A stretch of DNA of 63,312 nt, counting the filler, from Ministeria vibrans ATCC 50519 (Eukaryota; Protista; Filasterea), in the NCBI GenBank assembly GCA_943704425.1. It is 11 parts of 11 records of this genome, joined end to end, with 100 filler letters (N's around TTAATTAATTAA, not from the genome) between each part and the next. Parts side by side here need not be neighbours in the genome. Positions count along the whole stretch, not along the records: positions 27,579 to 33,169 come from CALSCP010002000.1; positions 33,270 to 39,718 come from CALSCP010001023.1; positions 39,819 to 42,293 come from CALSCP010000821.1; positions 42,394 to 59,942 come from CALSCP010001655.1; 7 more parts are not named here. One strand, given 5' to 3'. A model generated the notes under the pieces. That model made no database searches. It was not told where the DNA came from and saw only the letters and a program-made list of their open reading frames with translations. The position numbers were made by a program, and so were the translations under genes. Below, piece after piece: positions 30,924 through 44,188 of the stretch (positions are counted from its first letter, which is position 1; each line of letters opens with the position of its first letter).

Positions 30924-31676
30924 TGGCAGAGAGTGAGTCAGCCACTAAGTGAGTTGGCAAGAACCGTTTGATCAGGCTGTGCGCGCCGGGAGAGGCCCAC
31001 GTCAAACTATTGCGCGCCTGTGCGGGATCCGAAGGGGACGGGTTGACGACGCGGGCGCTGTCGTGCGACGCACAGATCGGGAGAGGAAAGAAAAAAAAAA
31101 AAAAAAAAATTGTATTTATATCATTTCGATTTTTTTTCCACATTCACAGCAACGCTTGCTTCTGCACTCACCGAGATTGTATTTATATCATTTCGATTTT
31201 TTTTTAGAGTGAGCTTAAGTTTAATCAGATTTGAATAATGACGCTTAAAAGGCAAAGCCAGTGATCAGAGTATGAGAGTTCAGAGTATGAGAGTAACGAG
31301 TAACTAGACTACTTGCAATGTCAGACGACTGAGACGCGTGGCTAGAGGGAGTAGTAGTCCAGTGAGTATATTCAGAGGAGTACGACGCATTGTGGGTAGT
31401 ACGAAGGAACCCTTCGAACTTGGTTCTCTCTCCCTCTCTCTGACTTCTGAAAACAAATACAATAGGAATGAAACACTGTGTCATGGACGCGCATGACGTC
31501 GTCGTTACACGAGACACACACACGCCAATGATGAGAAGCGCAAGTTGAATGTTTCTGAAGGGGAGTCAAGAGAGAGAGGGGAGTAGGCAGTGCATCCTTG
31601 GGTAGTGTGGGGGAGGGGAACAAAAGGCTACAATAGAGTACAGAGAGACGGCTTGCATTGGGCAGCGCACTTTGGA

Positions 31677-32522
31677 CTACTTGGTGGTGTGCCGCCGATG
31701 GAAGCGCAAGTGGGAGGCAAGGTGGTTTTTCAGTTTGAAGGAGCGCGGGCAGTAGGAGCACTCAAACGGGCGTTCGTCGCTGTGGACCGTTCTCAGGTGG
31801 CGTTTGAGGTCGTCGCGACGCGTAAACGTTTTGCCACAGCCGTCCACGTCGCAGAGATAGAGAACGTTGTCTTTGTGCGCGGTTTCGTGCTGGGAGACGC
31901 TGTCCTGGTCACGAAAGGTCTTTGAGCAGTCAGGCCAGGAGCACCGGTAACGCGCGGCATTGTCGACGGCGCTGCGGGAGGCGGCGGCAGACGCAGCAAT
32001 GGCGGCACCTGTGATTGTGGAGGACATGGCGTCGACGACATGGTCGGAAATGTCAGCTGGCACTAAGATTGAGTTGGGCGGTGCGAGTGCGGGAGACACT
32101 GAGGGACGACTCGCCAACGCTGCCGCAGCAGCAGCAGCATCAGCAGCAGACGGAAACGACGGGCTGTGTCTGGCGGACCGGGACGATGAGGAGAGCGTCC
32201 CGTCGCTGCGGCCGTTCGCTAGCTTCGCCAGCAGCGTGTGAGTGCGCGCACCCGAGTGACCCGACTTGCTTGAGAAGTGCGCACTTGCCAAGGCAATTTT
32301 TGAAGCGAGCTCGGCGTTTAGAGAGACGGGGCGCCCTAAAACGCGCGCCACGGACGCCGTAAGAGCGGTCGAGAGTGTACGACACACTGGCTTGGCAATG
32401 CGACCAGTCAACGGTTTAGAATTAGCCATCTTTAGCCTCTCAGCGGCCGATCGCCTTCCGACTGTGCCGCTTATCGCATTCTCATCCTCATCTATGATCA
32501 CCACTTCTTCGTCGACCTCCAT
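31677..32522 (-). CDS. Three-finger C2H2 zinc-finger protein
   Basis: CSWPDC..H...H, CDVDGCGKTFTRRDDLKRHLRTVH, ERPFECSYC..HLRFH. Confidence 0.85.
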   Translation of the reverse strand: MEVDEEVVIIDEDENAISGTVGRRSAAERLKMANSKPLTGRIAKPVCRTLSTALTASVARVLGRPVSLNAELASKIALASAHFSSKSGHSGARTHTLLAKLANGRSDGTLSSSSRSARHSPSFPSAADAAAAAAALASRPSVSPALAPPNSILVPADISDHVVDAMSSTITGAAIAASAAASRSAVDNAARYRCSWPDCSKTFRDQDSVSQHETAHKDNVLYLCDVDGCGKTFTRRDDLKRHLRTVHSDERPFECSYCPRSFKLKNHLASHLRFHRRHTTK

Positions 32523-32831
32523 ACGCAAATAGAGACAAAATGATTTTTTAGAGTTTCACTGTTCACAACAACTCAGTAGTGACTGACTCATCCCAATATT
32601 TCATAACAAATACTTAAATGATTATCGTTCTTATTTCATATTGAAACTCCGCCGGAAGTCACAACGTTGAATCAGACTATAGATAAGCGTTCGACGGACT
32701 ACACTAGTGTATGAATCTGACGCAAACTGCTTCTCATTAAGAGTTTTGTTTTGGTGCTTTTTTGGTTTTTTCTATTTTTTTTAATTTTGATATTTTAGGA
32801 GGGATTGTCGAGACACGTCTACGACAAGCGC

Positions 32832-33169
<338 letters not shown>

Positions 33170-33269
33170 NNNNNNNNNNNNNNNNNNNNNNNNNNNNNNN
33201 NNNNNNNNNNNNNTTAATTAATTAANNNNNNNNNNNNNNNNNNNNNNNNNNNNNNNNNNNNNNNNNNNN

Positions 33270-33373
<104 letters not shown>

Positions 33374-33399
33374 AATTATTACAGCATAGGGTACGTACC

Positions 33400-35498
33400 G
33401 ACTGTCTCTTGCACAAGATTGAACATGAGCGAGTGGGTGTACGTGTTGTTTCCGGCAAACGCGTCGTTCTGGTTAATGCCGGAGCGGGGCCCGTTGAAGA
33501 TGATGTTAGAGTCGACATGCGTGTCACTCGCCAACGCCTGGAACAGTCCGCCTGTCTGCTTGACGAAAATCCCCATCTCGTGGATAAAGTTGCCAACCAC
33601 GACGGTCCCCTGCGGGTACTGCCCATCGCTGTGGTCCCATGGCTTGGCGGCGTCGTAGTACAGCGGTCCAAGCACCAGAATGCCCGACTCGCCGCTCCAC
33701 ACAATCTCATTGTGCGCAATGCGTGCGTTTCGTGCGTACCCATCCACGAGAATGCCGTTTCCGCCCGGTGCGTCCAGCAGATTCTGCTCAATGCTGCAGT
33801 CCTCGGACTTTGACAGCTCCACCATAGCACCACGATGAACGCTCCAGTCGCCGCCAGATGGCACCTCCCAGTCGCCCATGAAAGTCAGCTGTGAGTGGCG
33901 CAGGGTCAGCCCGACAATGTGCACGTCGCGCAGTGTTGTCTCGGCCGTGCCCGTCGCCAGAAGCAACGTCTCCATCTGCGGCACCTCAATGAGCGCGTCC
34001 GCCAGCGACGTCCCGTTGGGCCAGTAGTACAAATGACGCGTCGTCTCGTCCAGGAAAAATTCGCCAGGCGAGTCGAGAAGCTCACGGATGTTCTCAATGT
34101 AGTACTCATGACCACCGGAGCCACACGAGCCGCGTGCCTCCTGAAATCCCCCGCGGCCAAACATGATCGTGTCGTTGCCCATGTCTCGTGCAGTCACATC
34201 AAAGGCCCAGTCACCCCAGTACGCATGGTGGAATGCGTGCACAATGCCTAAAGTGAAAAAAAGAAATTGAGGGTGTCCAGGTGTGGATCTGCCACTTTCG
34301 CTTACCAGTGGTGGGATCGGCCCACGGGTCAGAGGGTAGATCGGCTTTGTTGTAAACAAGACCCTGCGGCACCTCGTACTTGCATCCTAAGCAACAGCCA
34401 CAAACACGACATCGCATTATGAGAATCGATTGCAAATAGAGTACATGTTTCAAAAAAAAAAAACATGGTATACCGCCTCCACCGACAGGGTTGTTGGTGG
34501 CCCAGTAGGACGCAGGAGGCACAAATTCGCGTGCAGGACCACCGTAGCCAAGGGAAAAAGATTGGTAACGCGTGGTATTCTGAATAGGAGGGGATGTGAT
34601 GGTGCGACTGGCGTGAAGGGTGGGTGAGCGAATCCACTGTTTGGCGTTGTCAATGAGACCCGATGGGTTCGTGTGTCGTCCCTGTGTCTCCGGATTCGCA
34701 TTGGGAAAGCGTGCACGCACTGCCCGTCGGCCATTCACAAACATCTGACCAAAGTTCAGCACGTTCTCTACACAATACCAGACACACCTCAGTGAAGCAA
34801 TACACAGTCGCATCAGAGTGGCGTACCTGGCAGCACGGCGACCATCACATTCTTCTGGCTCGACTCTGTCCATTTCAAATCAAGCTTAGTGCCACCACTG
34901 ACCACAGGCCGGGCGCCTGTGTCCGCTGCAATGGTCAAGCCGTTGTCGCGGCCCGTCAACAATATAGTTTGCACAAGATAGTACGTGCCGTTGCGCAGCA
35001 AAAGATTTCGCGCTCCAGTCGTGCGAGTGGCATTGAGGCCTCGCTCAATGGTCCGGTACGGGTGCACAGAGCTTCCGTCGCCACTCTGGTCGTCACCGCT
35101 TACCGCATCGACAAAGACGCTCGCACTCTCGTCAAACGAAAAGCGTCGCCGCGCGCGCGTCGCCTCGTAATGCGTCGTATCGGGATTCACAACGCGCGCT
35201 GCGCCGCCCTTGCATCGGGAATCAAGCTCCAGTGCGTCATACAGCGACTTGCTCTGCGAATCAGTCAAATCCTGAATCGTATGGGCGTCTGAGGAGACAG
35301 CAAAAAAAACAAACAAACAAACATCCCAAAAATTACTCCAACTCTCTGCGGCTGAAAAGAAACGAGAAACGCGTGTGTACACTCATAGCCAAGCTTTCGA
35401 GTCTCGCAATCAAAGTCAGCAGGAGGCGCAGCTTCAACGCCCGCCACCCAGGCGGTGACGATCACTGCTACAACGAAAGCGAACGGGGTGTGCACCAT
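33400..35498 (-). CDS. Secreted right-handed parallel beta-helix protein (pectin-lyase-like fold), 3' truncated
   Basis: Signal peptide, VFVDAVSGDD..GDGS..HPYRTI, LRNGTYY, MFVNGRRAVRARFPN, YYIENIRELLDSPGEFFLD, repeated N-ladder strands. Confidence 0.8.
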
Positions 35499-35526
35499 AG
35501 GAAAATGAATAAGAGTGAACCGTCTT

Positions 35527-35575
35527 TAATTGATAGTTAATAAATGGGTTGTATTCTTCTCCTAATTGATAGTTA
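35527..35575 (-). repeat. Dispersed motif B (GAAGAATACAACCCATTTAT) flanked by 13-bp direct repeat
   Basis: TAATTGATAGTTA-[ATAAATGGGTTGTATTCTTCTCC]-TAATTGATAGTTA; other copies at 19044-19076 and 21930-21965, degenerate at 58890-58950. Confidence 0.85.
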
Positions 35576-35859
35576 TTCGCTCGCAATCTTTTACTAATGA
35601 GTCGCCAGATGATCATCGTCCAGTCACCAAACTCGGCAACTCGGTACCATTTATCAACTCGCTATCAACTTGATCGGATGAATTCAAAATTAGAAGAAGA
35701 AGAAGATTTCCAAATTATTATCAATCACAAACGAAAAGCGACAACACAAGCAGCTCAAAACCACTTTCTAAGCTACGGAAGCGTCGAGAGGAAACGGAGA
35801 CAAATTAAATTATTATTTACAGTCGCTACAGAAAAATATATACTTTGTACAATGATCGC

Positions 35860-38800
35860 TCACTCAAAGTATGAGTCGCGTTTTCTCGTTGCCGGAATGG
35901 GCGTGTAGAGTATGTCCTCCTGATCCAACGTTCCAAGATACGGGGACGTTTGGGCGCCGGCAAGTGAATGGTTGCTGCTCGAACACGAAATAATGTCGGG
36001 AGTGGCGCTGGCGGAACCGGGCTGACGCGATACGTTGGCCTTGTTGCTCACGGCTATTCCCGATGCAGGCTGTGGGGAGACCGACGAGTCTCTATGGATG
36101 TGCTTCGACTGGGGCGATGCTGGCACGGAGATGGACGAACGCGAAGAAGAGGATTTCGTAATAATCGGAGTTGAGGGGGGAAGTTGCGTCTGTGTCTGCT
36201 GGGGTGTGGGGGCACGCGGTGGTGGTGCTGTCGCTGTCCGTCGCGACAGTTCGTCGCGAAAATACGATACGACGTTGCGTCGGTTCCAAGAGGTGCAAAT
36301 GAGCAAGAGAGCGACGGTAAGCACGAGAATGAGCAGCATGTAGACACCAAAAAACAAAAGCCAGCGATCCTCAACCTCCAGAAGAGCCAGGTGGACACGC
36401 TCGAGCCCTTCGAGTGTGTGCACAGTCAGCATCTTTTCCATTTGAGTCACTTCCGCATTCCGCTCCGCCTTCTCGCGTGTGTGCGAGTCTACGAGAAGGC
36501 GCGATTGCACCTCAAGGCGCACGAGCATGTCGGACACTGTCGAGCGCAACGACGATATGGTCTCGTCGTGCTCGCGCTGCATCTGCTCCATGGCTTTCTG
36601 TTGCGTTGCCGCATTCGCTTCGAGAGCCCGCACACGGTTGCGGAGTGTGATAAACACCGATTCTTGTGTAAGAGGAGCCGCACTGCTACTGCTGCTCCCA
36701 ATGACGGCGGATGTCTCAAGGGCAGGCGTACCTCCAACACGTACTGTCGTGGCGGACAGGCTGCCAAGGCTCCCTGCCGGCTCGCTGACAGTCGGCAGCT
36801 CTGACAGCACCACACCAGAGGGTAGAGGAGGAGTGGTCGTTGGAGATGTATCCGACGCAGCAGGTTCAGGCATGGATGATGCAGTCGTCGCTGATGCACC
36901 AGCGATGGTGGTGGTGGTGGTGGTGGTAGTGCGGGAATCGATCGTCGTCGTCAAAATTGTCGTCTCGGTGGAAGGGTTCATGTGTATGGAGACGGTTTCC
37001 TGTGGTGCAGGTGTGGTGCTGGCACTGTCCATGTCCCCACTGACACCGGCGGTGCTATTTGTGAGCGGTGTGGTTGGAGGTGTCGTTGTCGTCGTGGAAG
37101 CCACTGGAGCCGCCTCCGCAGAGGAAGTTGTGGATGGCAGAGGCGTCCCGTGCACCTCCATCCGACGACCGTCTGTAGCGGCGACTATTGAATCAGGCGA
37201 AGAAGCAAGTGAATCACTCAACTTTCGTTCTGTATCATTGACACCATTGTGCTCATCCAATAATGCCATTTCCTGACTCGTATTATCCGCGGAATCGCCA
37301 GTTTTAGGATCGTCAGGACTTGCAGAGGGTTCATCTTCCTCGTCGGGGTCCACCACCTGTGGCTCGACCGTGTCGCTGTCCAAGTCCATGTCTTGGCCAT
37401 GTTCGTCGTCTTCGTCGTCGTGAATCAATGTTACAAGCTCATCGCCAACAGCAACATTGTCGTCGTTCAGAGGTGCCTCCTCGACTGCGGTGTTTGCCTC
37501 TTCAGCAACACTTTCCACAGTGCATTCCGCGTCGACCACCTCTGCCTTGGGCTCCTTCTTTACCCCGCGCAAAGTGTCTATCACACCATCGACAATGTGC
37601 AAGACACCAGCCATGAGCGGACGTGGAATAAACGTGCCATCATCTTTAGGAGTGTCTTCCGTCAGAATGGTTGTGTCCGCGCTTGATCCTGTCGTGGTCG
37701 AGACAGACGATTCCGATGATGAGGATGGCGCAGTGCCACTGTTGGAAGAAGTAGTTGTAGGGTTGGTGCTGGTGCTCGAAGTGCTACTAGAGGATTGTGT
37801 ATGGGGTGGGTTGGTGGTAGTGGCGGTTGTGCTTGTGCCAGGGGTGGTGGTGGTGGCGCTTGATGACGAAGTCGTCTTCGACGTGGACGTGTCGTTAGAG
37901 GACGAAGCAATGTCGTTTGTGCCGGCTGTCGAATGATTCGTGCCATCGGTGGTGGTCGAACGAACGTCTGCGGTTGGTGGCAAAGACGTCGAGTCAGACG
38001 TGGAAGAAGATATTTCTGAATCGAGTGCAGAGGCGGTTGACGGAGAGGGCGACTCGGCCGAGAGACTTCTGTCGGACGACTCATCCTTGTTTTCTTCGGA
38101 CGCTGTCCCGTCCCCTCCCATGGCGCCGACAACTGTAAGCGAATCCAACAGTGTGTGATCATCATCGTGTTCCTCGAGAGTGCTTTCAGACTCGCGAAAC
38201 ATGTCGATTTCAGTGACACCATAGACGCGCACGGCCGTGACAGGACAATAGAATTGCTCGCCGTAGTGAGTGAGAAAGTCGACACGCACATACTTTGCGT
38301 ACTTGCGCTTCTCCGTGTGAAAAACCTGAACACCTCGTCGATCTTCGGCCATGAACTCGCCAATGGGTGTCCAGGATCGAGTGGGATAGCGCTCGCTGAC
38401 AGAAATGCGAATGTCGCGCGGATTACTTGAGAAAAACTCAAAGTTGGAAATGTGCACGGTGTCCACCAGAATCACATCGCACAGCTCGATCACGACAAAC
38501 TTGTTGCTCGAAGCGCATTCCTGAATGATAAAAAAAGAAGAAGAAAACAAACAAACAAACAAACAACAAAAAAAAAGCATCAGCGACGTAGTATTCTATT
38601 GGTGTGTTCTGTTGTCCTCACCTGCAACATGTACTCGTCTTTGTTGGGGTGGAGGATGCTACTTTGTGACCTACGGAAGAAGCAAGGACGGGGAGAGATA
38701 AGGCAGGTGCACGGGGATCATGTGGCCATCGTGTGTGTGTGTGTACGAAGCGCCCTTGTTCGACTCGAGCACTTTGGCGGAACAGTCGACCGACGCAAAA

Positions 38801-39056
38801 TTGACACGAGTTGCATCGCGCTGCTGTAGGACAAAAAGAGCCATTCGCTTAGCACGCCGTCGCGCCTACCGTTACATGCGTATATACGTGGTACCTGTAT
38901 GACGGACGCAGGCCGGCGGGGTTCGGCCTGGGAGGCGCCCGAGGACGATACGGACGAAGAGGAGTCAAGCGACGACGTGGACATTTGGATGGCCACGGCA
39001 AAAAGAAGCACCATGACCATGGGCCACGACGGGACTCCCTTGAACTGGTGGCCCAT
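35860..39056 (-). CDS. Mid-SUN domain protein (SLP1/SUCO-like), 4 exons
   Basis: Signal/TM, NFASVDCSAKVL, KDEYML, FVVIELC, NFEFFSS, HYGEQFYCPV..VRVYG, QESVF..L.NRVRALEAN coiled coil, C-terminal TM. Confidence 0.88.
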
Positions 39057-39318
39057 GGTGACACAGGGAAAGGTACGACAATTGTATTAATTTGCTTTGT
39101 AATTTGTATTCAAAATATAAAGCAGTGAATATTTCTTATCATGAGCGAAAGAGAAAACAGCTCTGAATCGCGCTCGAGCCACAGGAGCATCCAGAGGGAG
39201 AAAAATCAGGTTGGATAACGGCCCGACGAGTTAAGTAACGCGATAGGGATCGTAAACAAACTGTGAAACACCATCTAGCTTTGCTGTATAGATTCTGTAC
39301 ATGACATGCTAGTCGAAG

Positions 39319-39534
39319 CTACGAGAATGTCACCTCAAAACAACTGTGACGTTGATCAAAGGCATCGGATGTGCGCATGGCTCGAAGCAGTCGTCGATCA
39401 AGACGGAAGTGTTGCATCAGCACATGAATCTCCGTGTCAATCAGCTCACGACCCCCTTCAAAGTCTGTGTCACGTCGCATGCGCGACGCTACAGTCGACA
39501 TGCTTCTCACGTCTCGAAGTGCCAAAACGGCCAG
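39319..39534 (-). CDS. Last exon of an unidentified protein
   Basis: Polypyrimidine-TAG acceptor followed by open frame LAVLALRDVRSM...FEVTFS*. Confidence 0.45.
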   Translation of the reverse strand: MAVLALRDVRSMSTVASRMRRDTDFEGGRELIDTEIHVLMQHFRLDRRLLRAMRTSDAFDQRHSCFEVTFS

Positions 39535-39821
39535 CTAAGACAGAAAATGAGAAAAAGGAAGGAGAAAGTAAAGTGTGAGAAGGAGAGAGAAGAGGCAGAA
39601 GAAAAGAAAGTGTGGGAGAGAACAGTAAAGAAGGGAGAAAGAAGCAAAGTGTGAGCGTGTGTTTGATAGAGAGGGAAACAAGGCAGAAAACCCCAAAGTA
39701 TATATATATATATATATANNNNNNNNNNNNNNNNNNNNNNNNNNNNNNNNNNNNNNNNNNNNTTAATTAATTAANNNNNNNNNNNNNNNNNNNNNNNNNN
39801 NNNNNNNNNNNNNNNNNNTTC

Positions 39822-39865
<44 letters not shown>

Positions 39866-39911
39866 ATTTCTCACACACATACTCACTCATTCTCACTTGT
39901 TCTCTTATTAG

Positions 39912-41372
<1,461 letters not shown>

Positions 41373-42522
41373 GCGCCAGTTTACCCTGTATAAATTATAC
41401 TGTGAAATTGAGAAAATGTTCGTTCAAAAATTATTTTTATGGTCTCGCGATCGCCTCAGTAACGTGAGTAACGTAACTCACTCGAACCCCAAGTGCTTAG
41501 TATATTGTCCCTGCTTAATTGTGACCCTCGTAATCAAACTTGTGTGTGGTGTAGTACACTTCCGTACCTACTATATCTTACTATACCTTCACTATACCCC
41601 CTGTGTTTTTTTTTGTGATAGTCTTTCTTATCTGGTCGTTCATTATTACACACACTATTCGAACACTATTCACGCAGACTCAGTGGTCACTATTTCTAAT
41701 TTCATTTTTCAGTGTTCCCCTTGATCAAAGAGTGGCACAAACAACTCTCTGGGATACCCCTTGGCTTGGGAGTGGGTACGTACGCGAATATATATATGAA
41801 CTTAGTTGCAAGGTTGCTATGCCTATGGATGTTTTTCTTCGACGGCCCTACTTCCTAGTTCCTACTGTGACGAACTACTTGTTTTGAACTTGTTTTCGAC
41901 GGTCTCTTTGCTTTCTCGTCTTCTTCTCGGGCATTTTTGTGACATTTTTGTGAAATTTTTTATGCTTTGCGGTGACACTGTTGGTTGGCGCTTTGTTCGC
42001 GGGTTTGAACTGTGCTAATGTTGCAATAGCTTGACTTTGAACTTGTGTTGACAGTCTCGTGCGTATGTGGCGTTGCCTATATGTCTTTGAGCCGTTGATA
42101 AAAAGCAATTCCTCTCTATGAAATCTCGATTTCTCTCGTTCCTCTCTCACTTCCCCCTTCCGAACAGAACTGCCGCCGTAGCAACAAAAGTATTTCAATC
42201 AAATTCTGACCCTAAGGAAACATCGAGAAGCCACAACGAATGCCAATCATGCGTAAGAGGTGTTTTGTGAGTTTTTTTTTTTTTTTTTTACTGNNNNNNN
42301 NNNNNNNNNNNNNNNNNNNNNNNNNNNNNNNNNNNNNTTAATTAATTAANNNNNNNNNNNNNNNNNNNNNNNNNNNNNNNNNNNNNNNNNNNNGGGGGGG
42401 GGGGGGGCAAGAACGGTCTCCTGACAATCTAGGACAGAATGAAAGTGATGGCCCAAATATGAAATAAATCAATTTATCATCCAAAGATTACCTTATTTAT
42501 TATTATGATTATCATTTTTTAA

Positions 42523-43467
42523 ATGCTGCTCCTCTCAACCGTCCTCTTCACCCTCGTCCAATTGGGCTCCACCACACACCACCACCACTTTCAACGCCTC
42601 TCTGCGTGTGCCCGCGAACTGCACAATGCTGCCGGTACGGTCGGCGTGGTAACACTATTGCCGTCGTCCATTTCCTCGCACTTCTCTGTTGTCTTCTCGG
42701 CGACCGCGACGTCCTCCTCCGTTGAAGTTCTGCTCAAAGAGTCCCCCGAGGGTGTGGTGACCCATGGTAAGCTTGCGCATGCCGACGAGTACGCGCCCTT
42801 GTCGTGCGAGCCGATTCCGCAATTGCCGCTGCCCGCCAACCTCATTGCCTTCAATTCAACGCGAGGCGCTGCACTGCTCCGAGACGAGCGCACCGAACTG
42901 TCCAACAGCTTCTTCGGTGGCATGATGGCCTACACGACGCAGATCACGCAGACTCTGTGCGCCGTCGCGACCGCCACGGTCATTTTGAACGGTCTCAACG
43001 TTCAGCCGGCCGTCGTCGACCCCAGCTACACGCCGTACCCTTACTTCACACAGGGTGCCTTCTTCACCGAATGTGTCAACCAGTACGTGTCGCGTCCGGC
43101 CGTCACGAGCCACGGCATGACCCTGCCCGACTTTGACAAGACAGTCAACTGCTTTGCGCACACCGCTGCTGTTCACGCCAGTACCACCAACACAGCGGGG
43201 TTCCGTCTTGCCGCAGCGACAGCGCTCGCCGAGGGTCACGGTGTTGCCATCAACTTCCACCGTGTTGAGCTCGGTCAGCTTGGCGGTGGCCACTTCTCGC
43301 CCGTGGTCGCGTTCAATCCAACATCAGACACGTTCCTTGTCCTCGACGTCTCTCGCTACAAGTACCCCGCCTACTGGGCGACTGCAGATGATCTTTTTGC
43401 CGCCATGAACACCACGGACAGCAGCACGGGTCTGTCTCGAGGCTATGCCGTTGTCCAGATCAAGTGA
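42523..43467 (+). CDS. Phytochelatin synthase catalytic domain (papain-like C83), intronless, with signal peptide
   Basis: TQ..QTLCAVAT (Cys), GGGHFSP (His), LVLDVSRYKYPAYW (Asp), D..TGLSRGY. Confidence 0.92.
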   Translation: MLLLSTVLFTLVQLGSTTHHHHFQRLSACARELHNAAGTVGVVTLLPSSISSHFSVVFSATATSSSVEVLLKESPEGVVTHGKLAHADEYAPLSCEPIPQLPLPANLIAFNSTRGAALLRDERTELSNSFFGGMMAYTTQITQTLCAVATATVILNGLNVQPAVVDPSYTPYPYFTQGAFFTECVNQYVSRPAVTSHGMTLPDFDKTVNCFAHTAAVHASTTNTAGFRLAAATALAEGHGVAINFHRVELGQLGGGHFSPVVAFNPTSDTFLVLDVSRYKYPAYWATADDLFAAMNTTDSSTGLSRGYAVVQIK

Positions 43468-43536
43468 ACTTGACACAATCAAACAAAATAATTATTGTAT
43501 ACATCATTCATTGCAGGAGTATTGCTCTCCTCTCCA

Positions 43537-44097
43537 TTACACACTCTCGTATGGAAACCTCTTTGCTATCCCCGCGGAAGAATCATCGCGAGCATCCGAT
43601 GACTGCACATACTTAATCGCAGGCAGTACCATCATGGTTGCCTGGAGCAGCACCAGAGCGCGGTAGCCCCAGGAGAGGCTTGTTACAGAGCTGGACACAT
43701 CGACGCCCGCTGCAGCGCCTGCAACGTGCTGTTCGCTGGGAAGCGTCACCAATAGAATGCAGGAGAGAATGGAGATGAGCGTGGCCAGGGAGAGAACGTC
43801 GGCAGCGTGTCGTGCGGGGGACGAGCGACGTGTAAAGGTCCACAACAGTCCCGAACGAATTTCCAGGACAAGAACCACCGGAAGGCCCGGAAGCATGGCA
43901 AGGAGGAGCCACTTGAGAATGGGCATGGTGGATTTCCATTGCAGGTAGCTCTGGAGGAAGACCATGGCTGGCGGTGACTGGCTCGTCGCAAACGACACCA
44001 CAGAGAAGTCAACGAGCGCCAGCGTCGTCATAAACGCTCCAATCACAAATCCGCCAACTACATCCAATCGTGTAGGACGTGGTTTCGTCAAAACCAT
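43537..44097 (-). CDS. Hypothetical four-TM membrane protein, intronless
   Basis: 186-aa ATG ORF with four hydrophobic segments. Confidence 0.65.
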   Translation of the reverse strand: MVLTKPRPTRLDVVGGFVIGAFMTTLALVDFSVVSFATSQSPPAMVFLQSYLQWKSTMPILKWLLLAMLPGLPVVLVLEIRSGLLWTFTRRSSPARHAADVLSLATLISILSCILLVTLPSEQHVAGAAAGVDVSSSVTSLSWGYRALVLLQATMMVLPAIKYVQSSDARDDSSAGIAKRFPYESV

Positions 44098-44188
44098 GCC
44101 CTAAGAAGGCGGAGTGCGTGATTTTACGAAGAAATCTGAATTCTGAAATTGAATTTATTATTATTATAATTTATTATTTTTATAATTT

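Noticed and set aside
43537-44097. Possible Shr3-like ER chaperone identity
   Set aside because: Only topology-level resemblance; no diagnostic motif recognised.
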